NCBI GenBank assembly: GCA_963675665.1
Contig: OY776510.1
Coordinates: 5,078,019-5,142,018, forward strand
Direction of reading: 5' to 3'
From: Spirochaetia bacterium
Lineage (GTDB): Bacteria; Spirochaetota; Spirochaetia; UBA9216
DNA: 64,000 nt
The notes beneath the pieces were generated by a model. That model did no database searches and had not been told where the DNA came from. It saw only the letters and a list, made by a program, of their open reading frames with translations. A program made the translations under genes and the position numbers. Positions 46,387 through 54,890 of the stretch are shown one piece after another (the first letter of the stretch is position 1; every line of letters begins with the position of its first letter).

Positions 46387-47853
46387 CTATTCCTTTACTA
46401 TACCGATAATAGCCTCGCGGTTACCGCGATAGATTCTCAGCATAACTTCATTATCATCAGCCGCATTAAGGTCCGTATAGAAATCATTCATACTCTTTAT
46501 TCTTTTATTATCCACTCTGAGAATGATATCGCCGGGCCTTAAACCGGCAGCTTCTGCGGGGCTGCCTTTGGTTACATTGGCTACGATTACATTGCCTTTA
46601 TTCGTCTCAAGATTTAAAGACTCACGAACATCTTCTGTTGCTTCGACTACAGTAAGTCCCGGCCAGACGTTTATGCTTCCGTCCTGCGCAATATTCTTTT
46701 CGTCGTCACGGCGGCCGAGCCTGAGGCTCAGGGTTGTTTTCTTGCCGTCGCGGTAAAGCTCAAAAGAAGTCCATCGGTCGGGAGGCAGATTTCCAATTGC
46801 CTTTACAAGATCATTTCTGTTGGAAATTGTTTTATCACCTACCCTGGTAATGAAATCACCGGCAAGCAGTCCGCCTTCTTCAGCAGGCGAATCAATAAAA
46901 ACATCATTTACAAAAGCGCCGTCCAGGTTCTCCAGTCCCATTCCGGCTTTGCTTTCGTCGGATATGTCGCGAACATTAACGCCGAGCCATCCGTATACAA
47001 CACTTCCGGATTCAATAAAATCTTCTATGGCTTTTTTTGCATTATTAATAGGTATTGCAAAACCCAGCCCGTTGCTTCCTCCCGACTGGGTGGCAATCCA
47101 TGAATTGATTCCGATTACTTCACCCTGCAGGTTGACCAGAGCGCCCCCTGAATTGCCGGGGTTTATAGCAGCATCGGTCTGAATATAGTCGGTGAAACTG
47201 ACATTCGGTGAAAAACCGTCCGTTTCGCGGCCTACTGCGCTGACTATACCTCCGGTAAAGGTAGCTTTAAATCCCATCGGGTTACCTACTGCAAAAACCC
47301 AGTCGCCGACAAAAAGGTCATCCGAATTGCCAAGGACTGCAACCGGAACAGCTTCCGATGTTTCGATCTTGATTAATGCCAAATCACGTCTCTCATCGCT
47401 GCCTACAAGAGAAGCCTCAAATTCCCTTCCGTCATAGAAGGTTACTTCTATCTCTTCTGCGCCGTTTACAACATGATGATTGGTTAATATATATACATTT
47501 TTTCCGGAATCTCTTACTATTACGCCTGAGCCTAATCCCTGCTGCCTTAATTCCCTCGGTTCTTCTTTTTCCTGTCCGTTTGAATCAGGGTTTCTTCCAA
47601 AAAAGAAGTTGAAAGCATCCGGAAATGCCTGTGTTTCAATAATATTTACGGTATTTACTTCAACTACAACCGGTAATGTTTTTTCAGCTACTTCCCGGAA
47701 TGTCATTTGATAGGCTTCAGCCAAACCCGCGGCTGAACTTCCTGTGCCGACACTGCCTGTTCTTTGCGCAAAAACGCTTCCTGTCGCAGAAACAGCCAGC
47801 AATACAGTAAGAACAACTGTCAATACTTTCCTGTTTGATAATTTTGCATTCAT
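46387..47853 (-). CDS. htrA: Do/DegP-family serine endoprotease with two PDZ domains
   Basis: Signal peptide, trypsin-like GNSGG, two PDZ segments. Confidence 0.85.
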   Translation of the reverse strand: MNAKLSNRKVLTVVLTVLLAVSATGSVFAQRTGSVGTGSSAAGLAEAYQMTFREVAEKTLPVVVEVNTVNIIETQAFPDAFNFFFGRNPDSNGQEKEEPRELRQQGLGSGVIVRDSGKNVYILTNHHVVNGAEEIEVTFYDGREFEASLVGSDERRDLALIKIETSEAVPVAVLGNSDDLFVGDWVFAVGNPMGFKATFTGGIVSAVGRETDGFSPNVSFTDYIQTDAAINPGNSGGALVNLQGEVIGINSWIATQSGGSNGLGFAIPINNAKKAIEDFIESGSVVYGWLGVNVRDISDESKAGMGLENLDGAFVNDVFIDSPAEEGGLLAGDFITRVGDKTISNRNDLVKAIGNLPPDRWTSFELYRDGKKTTLSLRLGRRDDEKNIAQDGSINVWPGLTVVEATEDVRESLNLETNKGNVIVANVTKGSPAEAAGLRPGDIILRVDNKRIKSMNDFYTDLNAADDNEVMLRIYRGNREAIIGIVKE

Positions 47854-47941
47854 AACATACTCCTTCTGCGTGTTATTATGAATAGAATATATAACAGGAT
47901 TATTACATCAGACTTGCCGGAGCATTACATTTTTGTAATGT

Positions 47942-50791
47942 TTATACAACAGGCAGACCGGTAATTTCAGCGCGGTAATCACGGCCCAGAAACACATAGT
48001 TACCATCGCTTGTCGGGCTTACCCGGTTCTCTGCAGTCCATACAATACGGTTTTCATCAGTTCCGGCTTTCACAGCGTCTTTTCGCACTTCTATTGCGAT
48101 ATTCCGTTCCAGAAAATCACAGGCATCCTCATAGCTTTCAAACCGGACAGTATTGTCAAAACCGTTAACGATAAAACTGCCGTCGGCGCCGGGAATAACA
48201 GAGGCCTCACGCTGTACCGTAACCATACTGCAGACTGCGCCTACAGCATTCGCCACATCGCCGTCTTCCGGTATGATTAATTCGGTATCGAGGTGCTTTG
48301 CCAGTTTCGACAGAAGCCACGGCGCGGCAGCTCCAACACCCACCAGCCGGCTGTTCAGCGTCGGGGTAAGCCTCAGAGAGTGCGACTTGCCTTTAAGATT
48401 GCCCAGCAGGGCTTTAAAAGTCGAATTGTCAAAGACAGAATCAGCCAGATCTCCCGGAACTTCAAGCTCCTGCAGAACAAGGGTCTGCAACAGATTATCC
48501 GCGATCATATCCAGTACGGCCTCGCCCATATCACCTGAATCATCTCCCCATATGGTTCTGTACAGATTAACTATACGCCTGGACAGCTCCGGCGGCCACA
48601 TACTGATGTCTCCCGAGGCAGTAAGCAAATCCGTAGGAGTAAGCCCGAACCTCTGAATTACTGCCGTGTTCTCAAGTCTTGCAGTGGCAAGAATTTTCCA
48701 GAGACCATGCTTCAGTTTTATCGCCAGTTCCTTGACCGAATGCGGGCGCTGTTTGAGTATATTAATAATGCTATCTTCATCATAACTCAGTTCCCAATCA
48801 GGGGGTCTGCCCGTCAGAGCAAGAATCTCCATTGCAGCTGTAGAGCCGCAATAATCCGAATGAATATCTTCAATAAAGGAAACAGCCTGTTCACAGCCTT
48901 CTGTTTCATTCAGCCGTCCGAAAGGCGCCACGCGACGGGGGCCCACCTTCAGTTCACGATTTTCAATCAGGATACGGCTGTCCCCCCCGGCGCCCAAAGT
49001 ATACATATCTACAGCCTTGATGTGGGTTCGCCATCGACCCACCCTGGCGCCTTCCGCGTCGAGGCGGATTCTGCCGTTTCTGATAAGTCCTATATCCGAG
49101 GTTGTTCCGCCTACATCGATTATTACGGCGTCTGAACCTTCAGGCCGGGTGCCCCCGGTTTTATCATGAGAGCTGATTAAAAACCTGGCGCCGGCAATAC
49201 TCGCTGCCGGCCCGGAAAGGGTTGTTTCAACCGGATGAAGAACCGCCTTTTCACGGCTCATCAGCGCGCCGTCGCCGCGGACAATCATTATTCCGCCGCC
49301 GATGTGCATTACATGCAGGGCCTGCTCAAGTTCCCCGATAAACTGCTCAAGAAGCGGTATAATTCCGGCGTTCAGCACAGCAGTATTGGCGCGTACGAAG
49401 AAATTCAAGGTAGTGGAGAGTTCATGTCCGCAGCATACGCCAAGCCCGGTTTCAGCTTCAATTATGCGTTTAATCTGGAGCTCATGTACCGCGTTTACGG
49501 TACTGCCGTACCCCGATACGGCAAAAGCCTCAACATGCTCACGTTCAATCAATTCGGAAGCTACCCGTTTAATTTCTTTTTCATCTACATGCTCAAGTTC
49601 ATCACCCATAATACTGAGCCGTCCGCTGACAATCCTCCATGGATCATGTTCAATTTTACCTGTCGGAATTTCTCCGAGGGGCATTACAATAAGCCCTACT
49701 TTTCGGCCGCGGTCTTCAACGATGGCGTTGGTTGCAAGTGTGGTTGAAACAACTGTAATACCGATTTTCGACAACTTTCCGGGATCAAGCTTCTCAAGCG
49801 CTCCGGTGATGCCTACTGTGAAATCCCATTTTGTTGTAGGAGACTTTGCCTTTTCAACAACACAGTCGTTGTCGAAATCATAAATTACAGCATCGGTATA
49901 AGTCCCTCCGGCATCTATGCCGAGACCAAATCCTTTTCGAATTCTGTTTTCAGCATGTTCGCTCTCTGTTTCATCCTGGACAGGCAGCGCGCGCTCCCAG
50001 AGAGAAGTTGCGCCTATGTTCGGGTCGAATGCATAAAGCCCGTGCTTCAGCGGATCATATGCGGTACAGTATCGCGGTGGTACTACAAGGATCTCATCGT
50101 CAGTATAGATGCTGTTCAGCATCGCAGTAAAAAGATCCCTGCTTCCGTCCAGTTTCTCGTATTTCCAGCCCAGTTCTTCAGCAAGATCGCGGGCGTAGTT
50201 TTCATAAATATGGCCTTTTTCCGATCCCGTATCAATATAAACCGAACGGTTATAATTCCGTTTCCAGGTATTCAGAAAATCGTAAATGTCTGCGGCATTT
50301 TCATCGCCGTATTTATTCTTTATATTCTCATAACCTACATTGATATCCCAGTTTCCCTTAAACTGTTTATCCTTCTTCCTTTTGACTGAAAGAGGCTGGG
50401 TTTTATGCTCGTACCAGCCTTCGGTCATATAAAGCGTGCCGGGATTCCCTGCAAATTGTTCCTTATACCGTTTATGCGAACCGAGAAACATTGCGATGCA
50501 GTCATGAACTCTGGGAATGATCAGCGGAAGACTACCGGCTTGTAACCCGACCGTGCCGCGTCCGCAGAGTCCGTATCCGATAACAATTGCGTCATAATCA
50601 GCAAGTCCCGCATCAACTTCTTCCGAAGCCCGGGTGACAGCCTCCTGCAATTCCTTTCGCAGTCTTTCCGGTTCTTCATGCAGCCCTGCTGCAAGGTATT
50701 CTTCATGTATTATTAAATTATCTTTTACGGCTGCGGCTTTAATTTCATTTTCGAGTACACCGCAGGCGATAATCTTCAGGGATCGTCTCAT
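47942..50791 (-). CDS. fusion protein: N-terminal Cys-rich DUF1638-like domain + tandem hydantoinase/oxoprolinase-type ASKHA ATPase domains
   Basis: N-terminal 200 aa are homologous to the GGDEF protein N-terminus (IACGV, YGLCGRG, HDCIAMFLGS, TEGW, YIDTG). Then GLGIDAGGTYTDAV (hydantoinase A N-terminal domain) and IIDVGGTTSDIGLI (second ASKHA half). Confidence 0.7.
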   Translation of the reverse strand: MRRSLKIIACGVLENEIKAAAVKDNLIIHEEYLAAGLHEEPERLRKELQEAVTRASEEVDAGLADYDAIVIGYGLCGRGTVGLQAGSLPLIIPRVHDCIAMFLGSHKRYKEQFAGNPGTLYMTEGWYEHKTQPLSVKRKKDKQFKGNWDINVGYENIKNKYGDENAADIYDFLNTWKRNYNRSVYIDTGSEKGHIYENYARDLAEELGWKYEKLDGSRDLFTAMLNSIYTDDEILVVPPRYCTAYDPLKHGLYAFDPNIGATSLWERALPVQDETESEHAENRIRKGFGLGIDAGGTYTDAVIYDFDNDCVVEKAKSPTTKWDFTVGITGALEKLDPGKLSKIGITVVSTTLATNAIVEDRGRKVGLIVMPLGEIPTGKIEHDPWRIVSGRLSIMGDELEHVDEKEIKRVASELIEREHVEAFAVSGYGSTVNAVHELQIKRIIEAETGLGVCCGHELSTTLNFFVRANTAVLNAGIIPLLEQFIGELEQALHVMHIGGGIMIVRGDGALMSREKAVLHPVETTLSGPAASIAGARFLISSHDKTGGTRPEGSDAVIIDVGGTTSDIGLIRNGRIRLDAEGARVGRWRTHIKAVDMYTLGAGGDSRILIENRELKVGPRRVAPFGRLNETEGCEQAVSFIEDIHSDYCGSTAAMEILALTGRPPDWELSYDEDSIINILKQRPHSVKELAIKLKHGLWKILATARLENTAVIQRFGLTPTDLLTASGDISMWPPELSRRIVNLYRTIWGDDSGDMGEAVLDMIADNLLQTLVLQELEVPGDLADSVFDNSTFKALLGNLKGKSHSLRLTPTLNSRLVGVGAAAPWLLSKLAKHLDTELIIPEDGDVANAVGAVCSMVTVQREASVIPGADGSFIVNGFDNTVRFESYEDACDFLERNIAIEVRKDAVKAGTDENRIVWTAENRVSPTSDGNYVFLGRDYRAEITGLPVV

Positions 50792-50872
50792 GATATTTAT
50801 TATATAACAGATCTTATGCTGAAAAATTGAAAAATCCGGCTGTTTTTGGTAATTTCGAGCACAGAATCACAG

Positions 50873-51130
50873 TCAGAGCTTTTCAACCAGAACCCTGTAG
50901 CTTAAATCATCAGCAGAATCAATACAGAAAAAAAACAGATCGCCTGTATCCGAATCCAGCGTAAATTCCAGTGTATCAAAACTGATAACAGGACTGACAG
51001 GCGGTTCATAAAAATAATAATACTTGTTACGCAGAACTTCAGCGCCGTTACGATCTATCAGCTCAAGGCGAATACTGTAACTCAAACCTTCGGCCGCGCC
51101 GGCCACATACCAGGCATTGTCAAGTTCCAT
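50873..51130 (-). CDS. hypothetical protein (possibly the 3' part of a frameshifted gene)
   Basis: 85-aa ORF starting 13 nt after the stop of 51144-51536, in a different frame. Confidence 0.3.
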   Translation of the reverse strand: MELDNAWYVAGAAEGLSYSIRLELIDRNGAEVLRNKYYYFYEPPVSPVISFDTLEFTLDSDTGDLFFFCIDSADDLSYRVLVEKL

Positions 51131-51143
51131 TGAAAACCTGTAA

Positions 51144-51536
51144 TCACCCGAGCCCCAGGCCTGTTATATAATCAATATTGCTCGTTATGGGAAGATATCT
51201 TGTATAGTCCCCAAAAGCAGAGAATATAAAAGATCTCATTGTCCCGGGTTCCAGTTCGGCGGTATTAACCCGAAAAGAATTGCTCTCAAAATATTTCAGC
51301 CTGAAATCAAACCGGTGCAGGTTATTCCCTCCTGCAAAGGAATCATATCGACAACTCAAACTGTAGCCCGGCATAACAGTTCTGTACCAGAGTGAAGAAT
51401 TAGTCAATTCGGCAATAGTGAAAAAATCAACCGAGACATCCGCATTGAACAGCAGACCGTTCTTGCTGACGGGAAGAGAAAAGAGGTTGCAGGCAAGCAG
51501 TAGAAAAAAAAGACAGACGGTAAATTTTTTTTTCAT
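51144..51536 (-). CDS. hypothetical secreted protein
   Basis: Signal peptide MKKKFTVCLFFLLLACNLFS. Confidence 0.4.
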   Translation of the reverse strand: MKKKFTVCLFFLLLACNLFSLPVSKNGLLFNADVSVDFFTIAELTNSSLWYRTVMPGYSLSCRYDSFAGGNNLHRFDFRLKYFESNSFRVNTAELEPGTMRSFIFSAFGDYTRYLPITSNIDYITGLGLG

Positions 51537-51645
51537 AATCTATTTTAAAATTAAACCTGTATTGATAGGTTATTATATTATATATCTTTTTTTTTGACAT
51601 CATCTTTTTTAATGTCTTCTACACATTATTTCATGTTGCACGATT

Positions 51646-53067
51646 TTATTCTCCCGGAAACCTTATCGTAAAGACCGAACCATGCCCGGCAACACTCTTC
51701 ACTTCCGCCGTTCCTCCATGCGCCTTTATAATCGCGTTTACAAGGCTGAGCCCAAGTCCAAGCCCGTCTCTGGAAGACTTTCCCCTGTACAGTCGTTTCC
51801 ATATTTCAGGAAGATCCGCTTCGGCAATTCCTTCGCCGTCGTCACTAACCGTAACACATATAAAATCATCGGCTGTGGTTAATTCGACATCCACACGCCC
51901 GCCGTCGCGACCGTATTTTACCGCATTATCAATAAGGTTCCCCACAGCCTGCCGAAACCTGTCTTCATCGGCAACAAGCGCCCCGTTCCATACAGGCTGT
52001 TTCAGATTGATGCTGATATTCCTGTCTTCCGCAGCATATTCGTATACATCGATAATTTCCCGAATCCTGTCCGCAGGGTTGAATTCAGTTTTACTCAGCC
52101 GTAATGTTCCGGTTTCAGCTTCCGAGATATCCATCAGAAGGTTCATCATTCTAAGAACGGTATCCGACTCCTCAACAGCCTGGCCTAACGCCGATCGGAA
52201 TTCAGAGATTGCCTCGGTATCCGTTTTAAAATCGTCACGGGTAAGTGCCTTTTCGGATACCATCCGAAACCTGGTAAGGGGTGTACGCAGATCGTGCGCT
52301 ACAGTATCAAGAGCGCCTTTCATTCCGCGAACAAGCTCTTCAATCTTCTGCAGCATGTTGTTAAATGAAACAACAAGCAAATCAAGCTCTCCGGCTCCCT
52401 TGCGCTCAATTATCCGGCTTTCAATCCTGCCGGTTTCAATTACATCCTTAACTGCCTTTTCAAGATCACGAACAGGAAGCAGAAAACGATAAGATACAAA
52501 AAAACCGGCAATCGAACTTACAGCAACAAGGACAAGAAGGGCAACTGTAAAACTGCTGTACAAGAGTTCCATTATCCTTCTCCGGTTTTCATCCGAAATA
52601 CCGACCTGCAGATAATGACCGTCCGATAGCGCAATACATCCTGTTTCAAGAATATACTTCATTGACTGGGATCTGAGAACGGTGAAACTGCCCGGCTTCG
52701 GGTGCTCATTTTCAAGCTTTTTAAAATTGAAACTGTTCCAGTTTGCAGGAATTTCAAGCAGAACCGTATTATTGAATTCATCTGCTATTCTTACAAAAAA
52801 AGGCTGTTCTCCCGAGAGAATCATATTCACATCCACGTTCTGTTTAAGCGATTCCAGCCCGTCGGACTGCACTATGGCCCAATAGCCCAGCATTCTGACC
52901 TGAATACCGCTGCGGGCGTCATCCCTGAGCGAAGAATAAATATAAATAAAGACAAAAGCATACAGAATAATGGCCGTGATCCAGAATACTACCCCGAAAA
53001 TCAGTGAAAACTTCAGATCCGCCTTGAATTTTCGCTGGCCTTGCCTTTTACCTGTCCCTGAAAACAT
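51646..53067 (-). CDS. sensor histidine kinase
   Basis: Two TM helices, HisKA (VAHDLRTPLT) and HATPase_c (DDGEGI, GLGLSL). Confidence 0.8.
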   Translation of the reverse strand: MFSGTGKRQGQRKFKADLKFSLIFGVVFWITAIILYAFVFIYIYSSLRDDARSGIQVRMLGYWAIVQSDGLESLKQNVDVNMILSGEQPFFVRIADEFNNTVLLEIPANWNSFNFKKLENEHPKPGSFTVLRSQSMKYILETGCIALSDGHYLQVGISDENRRRIMELLYSSFTVALLVLVAVSSIAGFFVSYRFLLPVRDLEKAVKDVIETGRIESRIIERKGAGELDLLVVSFNNMLQKIEELVRGMKGALDTVAHDLRTPLTRFRMVSEKALTRDDFKTDTEAISEFRSALGQAVEESDTVLRMMNLLMDISEAETGTLRLSKTEFNPADRIREIIDVYEYAAEDRNISINLKQPVWNGALVADEDRFRQAVGNLIDNAVKYGRDGGRVDVELTTADDFICVTVSDDGEGIAEADLPEIWKRLYRGKSSRDGLGLGLSLVNAIIKAHGGTAEVKSVAGHGSVFTIRFPGE

Positions 53068-53725
53068 AACCTACACCGCGAATTGTATGAATAAGCTTGC
53101 GTTCGGAATCCTTATCAATTTTACTTCTTAATCTTGAAACAAGAACATCAACGACATTTGTCTGAGGGTCAAAATCATACCCCCAGACATGTTCCATTAT
53201 CATTGTTTTTGATAATACCATTCCCTGGTTCCTCATCAGGTATTCAAGCAGGGTAAACTCCTTCGGATTCAGCTCAACCGGGATACCGTCCCGGCGGACT
53301 TCCCTGCTTACAATATCAATACTGATTCCGTAGGCAGCCATCTCGGTGGATTCGCTTTTAAAAGATGAACGTCTGAGCAGGGCCTGAAGCCTGGCCAGCA
53401 GCTCGGAAAAAGAGAACGGTTTTACAAGATAATCGTCGCCGCCCTTCTGAAGCCCCGCAACCCTGTCGTCAACTGAGCGTTTGGCGCTTAAAACAAGGAT
53501 CGGGAGTTTGTGCCCGGAGCCGCGAAGCTGTTCAATTACCGACAACCCGTCGATCCCGGGCAGCATTATATCAATGACGGCCGCGTCAAAATCGCCGTTT
53601 GCAATCAGCTGAAGACCTTCTTCTCCGGTTTCGCTGCATTCAACCAGGTATCCTGCTTCTTTCAGCCCCTTCGAAAGAAAACCCGAAATGGCCTCATCAT
53701 CTTCAATTATCATGATCTTCATCAT
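53048..53725 (-). CDS. OmpR/PhoB-type response regulator
   Basis: Receiver domain (IIEDDE...D...K) plus winged-helix C-terminus. Start set to MMKIMIIEDDE. Confidence 0.8.
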   Translation of the reverse strand: MMKIMIIEDDEAISGFLSKGLKEAGYLVECSETGEEGLQLIANGDFDAAVIDIMLPGIDGLSVIEQLRGSGHKLPILVLSAKRSVDDRVAGLQKGGDDYLVKPFSFSELLARLQALLRRSSFKSESTEMAAYGISIDIVSREVRRDGIPVELNPKEFTLLEYLMRNQGMVLSKTMIMEHVWGYDFDPQTNVVDVLVSRLRSKIDKDSERKLIHTIRGVGYVFRDR

Positions 53726-53792
53726 CTCAAAGAATAACATAGGCTTGAACATTTGTCTTGGACAGGATAAAAAAACGTTATATAGTGTAAAT

Positions 53793-54881
53793 ATGCAGAT
53801 ACTGGATTTTATTCTTGATATTGTTTTGATTGTTGTTCCTATCATAATATGGTATTACAAGGGCAACAGCAACGAAGTTTTCCCGTCAACCGAGACGACC
53901 CCGCCTGATGAAATTCTTCCTTCCGAAGCCGGTTATATTCTTACCGGACGAGTAGAGAATTCGGCGCTTGGAGTAATGATAATAAACTGGGCCGAACGCG
54001 GTTACATTCGAATTAATACAAAAGAAAATTTCCAACTGGAAAAAATTCATGATATTCCATACAGCTCCAGGAAGTACGAAATTTACCTTTTTGACAGACT
54101 TTTTTCAAAATACGGACATAACGGAATATTCGAATGGAAAAAGCTTTCGCCGGTGGCTAAAAACAGGCTGAAAGCGACAAAACGAAAAATTATAAAATAT
54201 TTCACAACAAAACCTGAAAACAGGATATTTTCCGCCGACGGAAGACCTTTTGTTTTACTGGTCGGACTGATTGCCACACTGCCTGTAGCAAAGCTGATCT
54301 TCATAGAATTATATGTACTGCGCGCCACCTACAGGTTTGGACCGGTAATCACAATAATAATAAATGCTCTCATCCTTATAGCGCTTTATTTTATAAGCGC
54401 AACTCTTGCCAAACCGAACCGGCTCAGATCAAGGGACTCGTGGAAGTTTATTCTTACAATATTCATCCTTATAACCGCCCTGGCCGTGGGGCTTACGGCA
54501 TTCTGGATAATCGGCGGAGGAAACGGCGGGTTCAGGTACGTTCTGTCCATGATTTCTTCATTTATCATAATTATAGTATTAAACCTGATGACCCAGCGTA
54601 CAAGCCACGGGGATCACCTTTTTGAGCATTGCACCGGTTTTAAAAACTTTATTCTGAACGCGGAACCGTCACTGGTCAGAAAAGGCGCCGAAGAAAAGCC
54701 GGATCTTTTCACTGCCGTATTCTCTTATACCGCAGCAATGGGCGTATCGGGAAAATGGGCGGAATGCTTTGCCGACAGTCCGGTAATGATTCCCGACTGG
54801 CTGATATGCTACGGCGGACCCGAAATAAATTCCGTAGACTATAACAGGCTTATGCTTGGTCTTATGCGTCAAATTGATTAG
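53793..54881 (+). CDS. DUF2207-like membrane protein
   Basis: Several TM helices and a GGGNGG block. Start assumed at the MQILDF ATG. My manual frame reading near 53760 disagreed with the ORF track by 1 nt, so the exact start is uncertain. Confidence 0.5.
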   Translation: MQILDFILDIVLIVVPIIIWYYKGNSNEVFPSTETTPPDEILPSEAGYILTGRVENSALGVMIINWAERGYIRINTKENFQLEKIHDIPYSSRKYEIYLFDRLFSKYGHNGIFEWKKLSPVAKNRLKATKRKIIKYFTTKPENRIFSADGRPFVLLVGLIATLPVAKLIFIELYVLRATYRFGPVITIIINALILIALYFISATLAKPNRLRSRDSWKFILTIFILITALAVGLTAFWIIGGGNGGFRYVLSMISSFIIIIVLNLMTQRTSHGDHLFEHCTGFKNFILNAEPSLVRKGAEEKPDLFTAVFSYTAAMGVSGKWAECFADSPVMIPDWLICYGGPEINSVDYNRLMLGLMRQID

Positions 54882-54890
54882 TATTAGCAT

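Noticed and set aside
48153-49883. Several 140-190-aa plus-strand ORFs
   Set aside because: All lie antisense within the 949-aa DUF1638-hydantoinase gene.
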